Shown piece by piece: positions 44,316-52,801 of a stretch of 61,439 bases of DNA. Source of the DNA: Candidatus Nanoarchaeia archaeon. GTDB taxonomy: Archaea > Nanobdellota > Nanobdellia > Pacearchaeales > GW2011-AR1. The stretch lies in NCBI GenBank assembly GCA_035291345.1, contig DATDSF010000020.1, positions 1 to 61,439 of the forward strand. The letters run 5' to 3'. The notes beneath the pieces are model-generated. The model was given only the letters and a program-made list of their open reading frames with translations. It made no database searches and was not told the origin of the DNA. A program made the translations under genes and the position numbers. How positions within the stretch are numbered: the stretch's first letter is position 1; every line of letters begins with the position of its first letter.

Positions 44316-44507
44316 TTAATAAAATTCCTCCTCTTCCAGTAATTTCTCTTCCATCTCTTCAGCAATAGCTTTAGGAACTTTTATAAATTTTCCAATTTCG
44401 CCACATTCAGGACATTCTTCAGGAGAAATTTTAAAATAATCTGTAAATCCACATTCACATTCCCACATAACTTTTTTTACACTTGGAATCAAAGTTTTCT
44501 TTGCCAT
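44316..44507 (-). CDS. Small Zn-ribbon protein (63 aa) inserted between rpl30 and rpl15
   Basis: Sequence MAKKTLIPSVKKVMWECECGFT...CPECGEIGKF with an acidic tail EEMEEKLLEEEEFY. Zero nt after the rpl30 stop and 1 nt before the rpl15 ATG. Confidence 0.65.
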   Translation of the reverse strand: MAKKTLIPSVKKVMWECECGFTDYFKISPEECPECGEIGKFIKVPKAIAEEMEEKLLEEEEFY

Positions 44508-44933
44508 TTATAACATTCTCCTGATTAAATTATTTATTTCTAATTTATGATTTCCCAAAACTCCGTTAGGGAAATGTTGTTTTGTATTTATTCCCTTCCT
44601 TGGGGGGTGTAATGCAAAAAAAGGTTTTAATCCAGTGTCATCAAAATTACCAGTTTTTAATATAATATCTGCTGCTTTTTCAACATCAATTTTTTTGTTT
44701 TTATCTAAACTTTTACCTCTTTTTCTAATCAATTCTATAAGAGTTTCTTTATCAATATCACCATATGCAATAAAACTTCTTACTTTTTTTACCATCCCTG
44801 AAACTTCTTTAGTTTCTAAAACAATACTGCATGTGTATTTTTTTCTTAATCTTAAATTATGTAATGTATTAGAAATATCATGAGTTCTGTTTACCATCCC
44901 TGCTATTCTTATAAGTGCTATAACTTTATTCAT
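44508..44933 (-). CDS. rpl30: Ribosomal protein uL30
   Basis: 141 aa with VIALIRIAGMVN...TLHNLRLRKK. Canonical operon position. Confidence 0.85.
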   Translation of the reverse strand: MNKVIALIRIAGMVNRTHDISNTLHNLRLRKKYTCSIVLETKEVSGMVKKVRSFIAYGDIDKETLIELIRKRGKSLDKNKKIDVEKAADIILKTGNFDDTGLKPFFALHPPRKGINTKQHFPNGVLGNHKLEINNLIRRML

Positions 44934-45670
44934 TTTAATTTAGATAATGCTTGCATTATCGCCCTCCCATAATTTATTGTAGTCCGAGTTTGACCCCATG
45001 ATTTACTATAAACATCTTTTATTCCTGCAAGTTTAAGTATTTTCTTTCCTTCATTACCAATAACAAGTCCGGTACCTAGAGGTGCAGGCATTAAAATAAT
45101 TTTACAACTACCGCATTTGCCTTCAACTTTATATGGTATACTATGTAATTCTGTTGAAGAACCTTCAAAACTTCCAGAACCTCTCTTTATTTTTATTAAA
45201 TTTAATTTTGCCTTTCTAAATGCTTTTTCCCTTGCAGGTAATGTTTCCTTCGCTTTTCCTATGCCTAATCCCACATGCCCATCTTTATCACCTACAACTG
45301 CTAATGCCGAAAATGTAATAACATTACCTTCTTTTGTTTTTTTCTGAGACTGTCTCCAAGCTCTTCTTTTACCTCCACCAAATTTTCCTTTAGATTGTCC
45401 AGCAAATAACAAATCACTATCAACTTTTATCAAGGAATCTACAATTTCAGGTTCAAGAATTTTTAAGCCATTATCAAGTATTTCATCTATATTTTTTACT
45501 TTTCCATTTTTAATCATTTCACCAAGCTTGGTTTTCGGAACCCATGAGCTAAGTTTTTCCCTTTTCTCTTCGTTTCTTCTATCTAAAAATCTATTTCTTT
45601 CTTCCTGTTTCCTATCTAAAACTACAGGTTCTTCTTGAATCTTTTCTTCCTGAATTTCTTTTGTTTTCAT
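44930..45670 (-). CDS. rps5: Ribosomal protein uS5
   Basis: 246 aa with WVPKTKLGEMI, AVVGDKDGHVGLGIGKA and GTGLVIG. N-terminal Glu/Lys-rich extension. Confidence 0.9.
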   Translation of the reverse strand: MKTKEIQEEKIQEEPVVLDRKQEERNRFLDRRNEEKREKLSSWVPKTKLGEMIKNGKVKNIDEILDNGLKILEPEIVDSLIKVDSDLLFAGQSKGKFGGGKRRAWRQSQKKTKEGNVITFSALAVVGDKDGHVGLGIGKAKETLPAREKAFRKAKLNLIKIKRGSGSFEGSSTELHSIPYKVEGKCGSCKIILMPAPLGTGLVIGNEGKKILKLAGIKDVYSKSWGQTRTTINYGRAIMQALSKLK

Positions 45671-45678
45671 TTTATTTT

Positions 45679-46170
45679 TTATTTTAATTTAGATTTTACC
45701 TCTTCAAAATTCTTTTGAACATTTTTACTTAAATGTTTTCCTTCAATCCTGTCTTTATCAGGAAATACAGCTTCACTATGTTTTATTTTCAGACCAGAAT
45801 CTACTAAGCCTTTAAGAGAAGCATACAATCTTGAACCAGATATGTTTCTCGCCAAACCTATATCAAAAATAACATTAACATTTTTTTCCTTCTCTGTTAT
45901 TTTTTTCCCAAGATAATATCCAGTTAGATAACAGGCAGGTATTGATTTCAAAGATCCACTAGATTCATTTGACCACCCTAATTTTAAAAGGTCCTTCGAA
46001 CTAGTTCCATAAACTACTTTATCAACAGCTTCATTACTTTTTATATACTGTAGAATAATATACTTGTTTGTTTTTCTAACAACAATTCTAGGCATTCCTG
46101 ACTTCAGAAGTTCCAACCTAGTTCTGTAATCTGTTTTATTTTTCCTTCTTCTCAATTTATCTAATTTCAT
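45679..46170 (-). CDS. rpl18: Ribosomal protein uL18
   Basis: 163 aa with RRRKNKTDYRTRLELL and RIVVRKTNKYIILQ. Confidence 0.87.
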   Translation of the reverse strand: MKLDKLRRRKNKTDYRTRLELLKSGMPRIVVRKTNKYIILQYIKSNEAVDKVVYGTSSKDLLKLGWSNESSGSLKSIPACYLTGYYLGKKITEKEKNVNVIFDIGLARNISGSRLYASLKGLVDSGLKIKHSEAVFPDKDRIEGKHLSKNVQKNFEEVKSKLK

Positions 46171-46566
46171 TTAACTTAAATTCTCCTTTAATTGTCTTTT
46201 ACTTTTGAACGCTTTATTTCTTATCTTTTTTCTTATCTCTATATATTTATCCCTATCCATTTTTCCTTGGTTTTTAAGCTCTTTAATATATTTCCTAAGT
46301 TTTTTTGTAATAATAACATAATTTTTCTTCCTATTTTTTGGCTTTTTCTTGATTTTTCCAGCTCTCCTTCTCCTTTGCCTTTTCTCAACAGTTTTTCTTC
46401 CACTCACTTCTTTAATTTTTATAGCACCGCTACTAACAAGATCTTTAATATCTTGTCTTGTGATAGCTTCTTTAACCTCATCAAGTCTATTTTTATCTAT
46501 AACTATTCTTTTAATACCAACATTTAATGTTCTTGCAGCAAGCTTTTTCTTTGTTTCAAGATTCAT
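46171..46566 (-). CDS. rpl19e: Ribosomal protein eL19
   Basis: 131 aa with KKKLAARTLNVGIKRI and a basic C-terminal half. Confidence 0.85.
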   Translation of the reverse strand: MNLETKKKLAARTLNVGIKRIVIDKNRLDEVKEAITRQDIKDLVSSGAIKIKEVSGRKTVEKRQRRRRAGKIKKKPKNRKKNYVIITKKLRKYIKELKNQGKMDRDKYIEIRKKIRNKAFKSKRQLKENLS

Positions 46567-46967
46567 TTCTTTTCCTCCTTCTTCCTTCCAGTTTTATTTT
46601 TCTCAACAGACTTTAATAATTTATTGTAATTAAAATTAACAAAATCTATTCCCTTTTCTTTAGATATTTTAGCAATTTCTATTTTTTTCTTCCCTCCAAT
46701 TTTTCCGAGAGAATATTTAAATTTTTTATCAGCATTTTTTATGTCAGAGATGTTTTTAATTGTCTTAATTTCCATACCTTTACTCTTCCCCCTCTCTCTC
46801 AAATCCTTTTTATATCCAATACTAACTACAGGACCTTTACCTTTTACCTTTAATCTCATTTTATTATCTCTTCCAGTAGGCCGTCTCCATTTTTGTAATT
46901 TCTTTCTTTTCCTCCCAAGTCTTGAATACTGTGTAGTATTTCTTCTTAAGAACATTCTTTTAGTCAT
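46563..46967 (-). CDS. rpl32e: Ribosomal protein eL32
   Basis: 134 aa with QKWRRPTGRDNKMRLKVKGKG. Confidence 0.82.
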   Translation of the reverse strand: MTKRMFLRRNTTQYSRLGRKRKKLQKWRRPTGRDNKMRLKVKGKGPVVSIGYKKDLRERGKSKGMEIKTIKNISDIKNADKKFKYSLGKIGGKKKIEIAKISKEKGIDFVNFNYNKLLKSVEKNKTGRKKEEKK

Positions 46968-47516
46968 TTAAATAGGCCTCCCACATTTTTCTACAATAAA
47001 TATACCATCTTGGAATTTTCTTCTATCTCTATTTCTTATTTTAGTAGCTGTCTCAAGATTAGCAGCATTTTGACCAGCTATATTTTTATCACTAGATTTG
47101 ATTATTATAGTATTTTTATTAATCTCTATCTCTGCTCCAGGTAAAAGTTTGCATTTTCTTGGTTTTTTCTCTCCAAGGAAATTCTTGATAGTTATCTCAT
47201 TTCTGTCTTTATTCAATTCAAGGGTTACTGGAAAATGAACATAGACAACCTCAAGCTTATATTCAAACTTCTCTCTCAAACCATTAATCATATTAGTAAC
47301 ATGAGCCTTTATTGTATTAATCATTTTTTTCTCTCTTTTTGTTGCTTTTTTTGATTCTAAAACTAAATCAAGACCATTCTTTTTCACTTCTATATTTTTT
47401 GTGTTAAATTTTTTAGTTAAATGCTCATTTCCCTTTTTGACAGTAATACTATTATTTTCAATTTCAAAATCAAAACCTTCAGGAAAAGATATTTTTTCGT
47501 TAATATTTTCTTTCAT
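46968..47516 (-). CDS. rpl6: Ribosomal protein uL6
   Basis: 182 aa with two repeated alpha/beta domains. Contains YVHFPVTLE and QDGIFI. Canonical operon position. Confidence 0.85.
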   Translation of the reverse strand: MKENINEKISFPEGFDFEIENNSITVKKGNEHLTKKFNTKNIEVKKNGLDLVLESKKATKREKKMINTIKAHVTNMINGLREKFEYKLEVVYVHFPVTLELNKDRNEITIKNFLGEKKPRKCKLLPGAEIEINKNTIIIKSSDKNIAGQNAANLETATKIRNRDRRKFQDGIFIVEKCGRPI

Positions 47517-47517
47517 T

Positions 47518-47892
47518 TCAGTAAAAATAAGCGATTAAACTTCCTCCTATGTTTTTATCTATAGCATCAACATGTGTAATCAAGCCCTGATTTGTAGAGA
47601 TAATAAGTATACCTAAGTTTCTTGCAGGCAGGAATCTTTTCATGTAGAAAAGAATTTTATCCTTTTTTACATTAAATCTTGGTTTTACTGCACCACAATT
47701 AGAAATGTCTCCAATTTTTATCTCAAGATTATTTTTTTCTGTCTTATAGCTTTCTATATATCCTTCTTTTTTTGCCATTTCCATTATCTTTAAAAGTAAA
47801 ATAGAGTGTCTGTTTACAACTACTTCTTTCTTTCCGCTTCTTTTAGCATTCATTATTTTATTCAGCGCATCTGAAATGATATCTTGACTCAT
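47518..47892 (-). CDS. rps8: Ribosomal protein uS8
   Basis: 124 aa with DIISDALNKIMNAKRSGKKEV and GGSLIAYFY. Confidence 0.87.
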   Translation of the reverse strand: MSQDIISDALNKIMNAKRSGKKEVVVNRHSILLLKIMEMAKKEGYIESYKTEKNNLEIKIGDISNCGAVKPRFNVKKDKILFYMKRFLPARNLGILIISTNQGLITHVDAIDKNIGGSLIAYFY

Positions 47893-47905
47893 TTTTCTCC
47901 TTAGT

Positions 47906-48136
47906 TTATGAATATTTTTTAAATCCTATCTCTTCTGATATTTCTCTAAAGCATTGTCTGCAGAAGTTTAATCCATACTGTCCGACATGAGCTCCTATTC
48001 TTCCACATCTTTCACACTTTTTACTTGCTACTCCTATTTTTCTGTCTTTTGGTTTATTATGTTTAACAAATTTTCTGGCTACAGCTGGCTTGTTTTTCAG
48101 TTGTTTGTAAAGTTTTTTCCAATCGCTTGCAGTCAT
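47906..48136 (-). CDS. rps14: Ribosomal protein uS14 (zinc-binding type)
   Basis: 76 aa with CERCGR...CRQCFRE. Longer N-terminus than typical archaeal S14. Confidence 0.85.
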   Translation of the reverse strand: MTASDWKKLYKQLKNKPAVARKFVKHNKPKDRKIGVASKKCERCGRIGAHVGQYGLNFCRQCFREISEEIGFKKYS

Positions 48137-48137
48137 T

Positions 48138-48662
48138 TTATCTCATATTCACCTTAAATTTCGTTTCCAGGAATTTAATAATTTCTTCCTTTTTTACAAT
48201 CTGCTTTTGCGGAAGTTTTCCGCGTCTAGCTTTTTTTATAATCACTCTTTTACCTTTTCTTATAAAAGTAACAGTGGTATTAAATCCCATCATTCCAATT
48301 TCTCTGTCATATTCTTCTCCAGGTATTTCAATATACTCTTTAATTCCAAATGAAAAATGATTATTTTGGATTTGTTTTTTCTTTAATTGGTTGTCAACAG
48401 CAGCAAATAACCTTAATAGTAAATTATTTGCCTCTTTTCCTCTAATAGTTACCATACAACCAACTTCTAATTTTGGTCTTACTCCAAATCCAGGTATTCT
48501 TTTAGTACTTATTCTTATTGATGGTTTCTTCTTGCTTATTTTAGTTAATAATTTAACTTCTTTTTCAAGTACATCTTTTACTCCACCACAAGATAGAACT
48601 ACCTTTTCTATGAATATTTCTCTCATATGGTTTTCTTTTCCTGTATTGTTTTTCTTTTCCAT
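48138..48662 (-). CDS. rpl5: Ribosomal protein uL5
   Basis: 174 aa with MREIFIEKVVLSCGGV and FSFGIKEYIEIPG. Confidence 0.87.
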   Translation of the reverse strand: MEKKNNTGKENHMREIFIEKVVLSCGGVKDVLEKEVKLLTKISKKKPSIRISTKRIPGFGVRPKLEVGCMVTIRGKEANNLLLRLFAAVDNQLKKKQIQNNHFSFGIKEYIEIPGEEYDREIGMMGFNTTVTFIRKGKRVIIKKARRGKLPQKQIVKKEEIIKFLETKFKVNMR

Positions 48663-48663
48663 T

Positions 48664-49305
48664 TTATCCTACCACAATTAAATCTTTATTTTTTGTCTCA
48701 AATTCATTTTTTTCTGATTCAACTATAATTTTTCTTTCATCTATTTTTTTGATAATACCATAACTTCCTTTATGTTTCCCATTTATGATGAGGACCTTAG
48801 ATTTATCTTTAACAGGAAGGATGCTTTCTATTTTTTTTGATTTAAAATTAACAATTACAGAATCTCCTACAGTTATTTTATCATTACTCAAAATATTCCT
48901 TCCATCGATAAGATTAATTTGTATTTTTTTCCCATCTAAAACCTTCTTGTTTATAACCTTTGAAATTTTATTATGACTATCTTTTTCATTAACTTCATCT
49001 AAAACTAGCTTTCCATTTTTAGAAAAATTAACACTATAATTTTTATTGGAATCTTTAATAGAAACTTTATCAAATAAAAGCAAGGAAAGATTATCATTCC
49101 TAGCAATCTTTCCATTTACAGTTATTTTTCCTTCATGTAAAATTTTTTCAAGTTCTTTTCTTCTGCTAACTAATTTTAAATCATCTCTTAACGCAATTAA
49201 TAGAGGAATTCCTCTATTTTTTTCGTGACTTGGTACAACTAAGTATTTTGTTCCCTTTCTGGCAATTGGCCACATTTTGCTTGCAGAATGTCTTTTTAGA
49301 TGCAT
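48664..49305 (-). CDS. rps4e: Ribosomal protein eS4
   Basis: 213 aa with MHLKRHSASKMWPIARKGTKYLV. Confidence 0.88.
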   Translation of the reverse strand: MHLKRHSASKMWPIARKGTKYLVVPSHEKNRGIPLLIALRDDLKLVSRRKELEKILHEGKITVNGKIARNDNLSLLLFDKVSIKDSNKNYSVNFSKNGKLVLDEVNEKDSHNKISKVINKKVLDGKKIQINLIDGRNILSNDKITVGDSVIVNFKSKKIESILPVKDKSKVLIINGKHKGSYGIIKKIDERKIIVESEKNEFETKNKDLIVVG

Positions 49306-49306
49306 T

Positions 49307-49801
49307 TTATTTTTTCTCCTTTACTGATTTGTCTGATTTAGTTTTGTCTAATATTTGTCTTTTAGTTTCTGTTTTTTCAACGTTTTTATTTTCTTTAACT
49401 TGCTTTTCTTTCCTTACTGTAGATTTTCTACTTAAACTTTCAACCCTGAATTTATCATTTAAATTAAGGTTTAATATTTGAATGTTTGAAGGATCAAAAT
49501 AAACATTAATTTTTGTTCCATCTTTCTTTTTTCTCTGAATTCCATCAACTGAAACTCTTAATTTTTTTCTATCTACAAAATTTATCTTTCCAGTTTTTCC
49601 TTTAAATTTTCCAGTTATTATCTTAACTTCATCTTCATTTCTTAGGGGGAAATTTCTCTTCCCGTATTTTTTTCTCAGATCTTTTGAAAGATTGGCTGAT
49701 AATAATTTAGTTGCAAGGTGAAGAGGAATATTCTCTCTATATTTTCTTTGCTTTCTTGGTTGCTTACTTCCTTTCCATGAAAGTGAAAATTCTTTTTTCA
49801 T
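49307..49801 (-). CDS. rpl24: Ribosomal protein uL24
   Basis: 164 aa with SKQPRKQRKY and EVKIITGKFKGKTGKI (KOW motif). Lys-rich C-terminal extension of about 40 aa. Confidence 0.86.
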   Translation of the reverse strand: MKKEFSLSWKGSKQPRKQRKYRENIPLHLATKLLSANLSKDLRKKYGKRNFPLRNEDEVKIITGKFKGKTGKINFVDRKKLRVSVDGIQRKKKDGTKINVYFDPSNIQILNLNLNDKFRVESLSRKSTVRKEKQVKENKNVEKTETKRQILDKTKSDKSVKEKK

Positions 49802-49802
49802 T

Positions 49803-50204
49803 TTATACTACAATTTTAGCGATTTTGGCTACAGATGCCCATCTCTCTAAAACCTCCCTTGCAATTGGCCCCTTTATCTGTGTTCCTTTTGGATTTCCTT
49901 TTTCATCCTTAAGTAAAGCAACAGCATTATCACTAAACGCAATTCTTTCTCCAGTCTTTCTTCTGAAAGGTTTTCTTTGTCTGATTACAACAGCATCAAA
50001 TACCTCTCCTTTCATCTCTGGTTTCCCTACTCGTACACTAACTTTAACCCAGTCAGATATTTTAGCAGATTGCTGTCTTTTTTTAGTTGTTTTTCCCTTT
50101 TTAACCGAAACTATTCTTACTATCTGTGCTCCACTATTATCAGAAGCTAATACTACACTTCCTATATTTAATCCCCTTGTTGCTTTAGCAGATATAGCTT
50201 TCAT
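49803..50204 (-). CDS. rpl14: Ribosomal protein uL14
   Basis: 133 aa with LASDNSGAQIVRIVSV and DAVVIRQRKPFRR. Confidence 0.92.
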   Translation of the reverse strand: MKAISAKATRGLNIGSVVLASDNSGAQIVRIVSVKKGKTTKKRQQSAKISDWVKVSVRVGKPEMKGEVFDAVVIRQRKPFRRKTGERIAFSDNAVALLKDEKGNPKGTQIKGPIAREVLERWASVAKIAKIVV

Positions 50205-50566
50205 TTTTCTTTAACTCCTCCGCTTACAGTTTTCTCATCAGCATCTCTAATTTTTTTTACTACAATATGATGTATAATTTTACTTAATGGTCTGCACTCT
50301 CTTATTTGAATATAATCTCCAATCTTAATTTGACTTTTAAGTTCAGAAGGAAGTCTTGCATGAATTTTTGTTTTTGATTTAGCATATCGTTCATATTTTT
50401 TTATATGTTTAACTCTTTCAAATTCAATAGTAACTCTATTATCAAACTTTCTTATAATATATCCGTCAAACTTTCTTCCTCTTATAGAGTAATTAGCTTT
50501 TTTTGAAGATAAAGTTTCAACTACATTTTTTTCTATTCCAGACTTTTCGTTTTGTTTTTTCGCCAT
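50201..50566 (-). CDS. rps17: Ribosomal protein uS17
   Basis: 121 aa with RGRKFDGYIIRKFDNRVTIEFE...KYERYAKSKTKIHA. Confidence 0.86.
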   Translation of the reverse strand: MAKKQNEKSGIEKNVVETLSSKKANYSIRGRKFDGYIIRKFDNRVTIEFERVKHIKKYERYAKSKTKIHARLPSELKSQIKIGDYIQIRECRPLSKIIHHIVVKKIRDADEKTVSGGVKEK

Positions 50567-50610
50567 TTCTTTATTATTTTACATGTGTGTTCAATCTATT
50601 TTCGTAGTTT

Positions 50611-50910
50611 TTACGAACTTATTGAGCTTTCAGAAAAACCAAGCCTCACTAAAATTGGCTTTATTTTTCTTATGTGGTCTCCCTGTAATTCTATTACGTT
50701 TTCTCTTACAGTTCCTCCGCAACCTAACTCTGCTTTTAGGTCTTTTGCTATCTTCTTGATGTCTATTCCTTTTTCTATTCCAGACACCAAGGTTACTACC
50801 TTTCCGAATTTTTTCTTGGTAGTTGCCAACTGGATTCTCTGTTCACTCTTCGCGATTTCTTCACACACGCAAGCCTGTTTTGGCAGGCCGCATTTAGGGC
50901 ATATATCCAT
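50611..50910 (-). CDS. sui1: Translation initiation factor aSUI1 (eIF1 homolog)
   Basis: 99 aa with N-terminal CPKCGLPKQACVC followed by GKVVTLVSGI...LKAELGCGGTV...IELQGDH. Confidence 0.86.
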   Translation of the reverse strand: MDICPKCGLPKQACVCEEIAKSEQRIQLATTKKKFGKVVTLVSGIEKGIDIKKIAKDLKAELGCGGTVRENVIELQGDHIRKIKPILVRLGFSESSISS

Positions 50911-50912
50911 TG

Positions 50913-51110
50913 TTATTTTGTTTTTGTATTTTTGAGCATGATTAATCTTGCTAGAGTTTTTTTCATTTCTTTCATTTTTACCTTTCCTCCCTTACTGGCA
51001 CTAACTCTCGCTTTTATAAGATCTACTTTTATCTCATTAATCTTGTTTTCTAAATCTGATTTTGATAGCTTTGATAGCTCTTTAAACTTTGTCATTTGTC
51101 TTATCCACAA
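50913..51110 (-). CDS. rpl29: Ribosomal protein uL29
   Basis: 65 aa (or 60 aa from MTKFKEL), helical, with LSKSDLENKINEIKVDLIKAR. Sits between rps3 and sui1. Confidence 0.78.
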   Translation of the reverse strand: MWIRQMTKFKELSKLSKSDLENKINEIKVDLIKARVSASKGGKVKMKEMKKTLARLIMLKNTKTK

Positions 51111-51714
51111 AATGTAATGGTTTTTTATTTAAATCTATCTGATCATGTATTTTTGCATCTGGATGAAGTATACTTACAGTAATTCCAACTGTTCCAGGTC
51201 TTGTTCTAGCAACTGCAGAGGCTTTATCTACAATTTTAGCACTATCTCCTACCTTTTTTAGATAACCTTTCTTAAATCTCCAAGTCTTAGCCCTTGCACT
51301 TGGTAATTTCCCAGCCAATTTTATTTCAACTCCAAGTGCTCCAGCATCAATTATTTGTTGCATTAATTTGTAAGAGACAATTTTAAATTTTACAGGACCT
51401 GTATTTTCAAGATTTATAGCAATTTCGTCAGCAACTGCCTGTGCATCAAGATTAATATTTTTTATTTCTTGGATTTCAATATGTGGATTTTCAAAATGAA
51501 ATGTTTTCCTCAAAACTTCAGTTAACTTTTCTATTTTTTCTCCCCCTCTTCCAATTATCAATCCTGGCTTACTAGTAAGCATTATAACTTTTTCTCCAAT
51601 AGGAGTATATTCAATATTAACCTTGCTTACTCTTCCTTTACCTAAGTAATTTTTTACAAATTCTTTTATTTCAAATTCTTCTTTCTTAAATTTTACAAAC
51701 TTTCTTTCTTCCAT
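51082..51714 (-). CDS. rps3: Ribosomal protein uS3
   Basis: 210 aa with the KH-domain motif IIGRGGEKIEKL and C-terminal GITVSI. Confidence 0.9.
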   Translation of the reverse strand: MEERKFVKFKKEEFEIKEFVKNYLGKGRVSKVNIEYTPIGEKVIMLTSKPGLIIGRGGEKIEKLTEVLRKTFHFENPHIEIQEIKNINLDAQAVADEIAINLENTGPVKFKIVSYKLMQQIIDAGALGVEIKLAGKLPSARAKTWRFKKGYLKKVGDSAKIVDKASAVARTRPGTVGITVSILHPDAKIHDQIDLNKKPLHFVDKTNDKV

Positions 51715-52362
51715 TTATTTTTTCTCCTTGCTTTTTATTTTATTCATTTCCTTTGATTTAATTAAAACATGAGTTCTCTTAAAAATAGTATTTCCAAATC
51801 TATGATGTTGTGTTGGAGCCTTATTTGCAATAACTTCAGATATCACTGTTTTATCAAGGTCCATTCCATTAGCAGAACTATTTGAAGATAAACTTTTTAA
51901 TAAAATAATAAATTCTTTTGAAGCATTAATAGGGTATTTCCCAGTCATCATTTTCTTACCATTAAGCTGCAAACCCTTTCTATGAGCCATCTCTCCTTTA
52001 AATGGGATAGCAATTTTATAAGCAACAACTCTTTCAAGATTCTTAATAGCTTCGTCAATCTTCCTGTATTTTATAAATCTTCCAATACCAACAGCCTGTT
52101 TCAATGATATATTGGCACTTCTTGTATAAACACTAGCTTCATATTTCTTTATTTTTTTCTCAGCCTTTTTAACTTCTTTTTTTGTTTCTTCAATTTTAGA
52201 ATCCTTTTCTAAAGGTTTGTCTTCATGGCTATGATCGTGCTGATTGCTATGCTGATGATTACTTGTATTTTTATCAATAGGTGTTTCAACTATCATTTTC
52301 TTATTTTCTTTTGGTATTTTTACCTTCTGTATCTTTGTTTGATTTAATTGTTCGTCTGCCAT
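51715..52362 (-). CDS. rpl22: Ribosomal protein uL22 with a His-rich N-terminal extension
   Basis: 215 aa. The core starts near ASVYTRSANISLKQAVGIGRFI. An N-terminal extension of about 65 aa contains NHQHSNQHDHSHED. Confidence 0.85.
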   Translation of the reverse strand: MADEQLNQTKIQKVKIPKENKKMIVETPIDKNTSNHQHSNQHDHSHEDKPLEKDSKIEETKKEVKKAEKKIKKYEASVYTRSANISLKQAVGIGRFIKYRKIDEAIKNLERVVAYKIAIPFKGEMAHRKGLQLNGKKMMTGKYPINASKEFIILLKSLSSNSSANGMDLDKTVISEVIANKAPTQHHRFGNTIFKRTHVLIKSKEMNKIKSKEKK

Positions 52363-52369
52363 TTTCTTA

Positions 52370-52801
52370 TTATTTTACACTTCTAGAAGCACTTGACCTT
52401 GTTGCTCCAATTCCTGCTGATCCATGCTTAACTGTTCTTCTAGTTAATGAAAATTCGCCTAATCTATGACCTATCATTTCAGGAATTATTCTTATCTGTT
52501 CGAATGTTTTTCCATTATGAACATAAACAGTAAGACCAACCATTGTAGGTACAATTACTAATTCTCTTAAATGTGTTTTAATGTTTTTGCCCTTATCCAA
52601 ATATTTATTTGATTTTGAAATAAAATTTTCAAGTTTATCAGAATTTTTTAAAATACTTCTTCTTTCTCTAGCAGGCAGAAATTTTGCAAATTCTCTTATA
52701 TCAAGTTTTTTCAACTCTTCCAGACTTTTACCTCTATAAGAAAATTCTTTTTTCTTATGTAAACTTATTTCAGGGTTTTGTTCAATGTTTTCTTCAGCCA
52801 T
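52370..52801 (-). CDS. rps19: Ribosomal protein uS19
   Basis: 143 aa with VYVHNGKTFEQIRIIPEMIGHRLGEF and HGSAGIGATRSS. Confidence 0.9.
   Translation of the reverse strand: MAEENIEQNPEISLHKKKEFSYRGKSLEELKKLDIREFAKFLPARERRSILKNSDKLENFISKSNKYLDKGKNIKTHLRELVIVPTMVGLTVYVHNGKTFEQIRIIPEMIGHRLGEFSLTRRTVKHGSAGIGATRSSASRSVK

Noticed and set aside
44316-44507. The 63-aa Zn-ribbon ORF as a rubredoxin or rubrerythrin fragment.
   Set aside because: It has only a CxC plus CxxC arrangement and lacks the aromatic core and the CPxCG...CPxCG duplication of rubredoxins. Its operon context argues for a translation-related Zn-ribbon instead.
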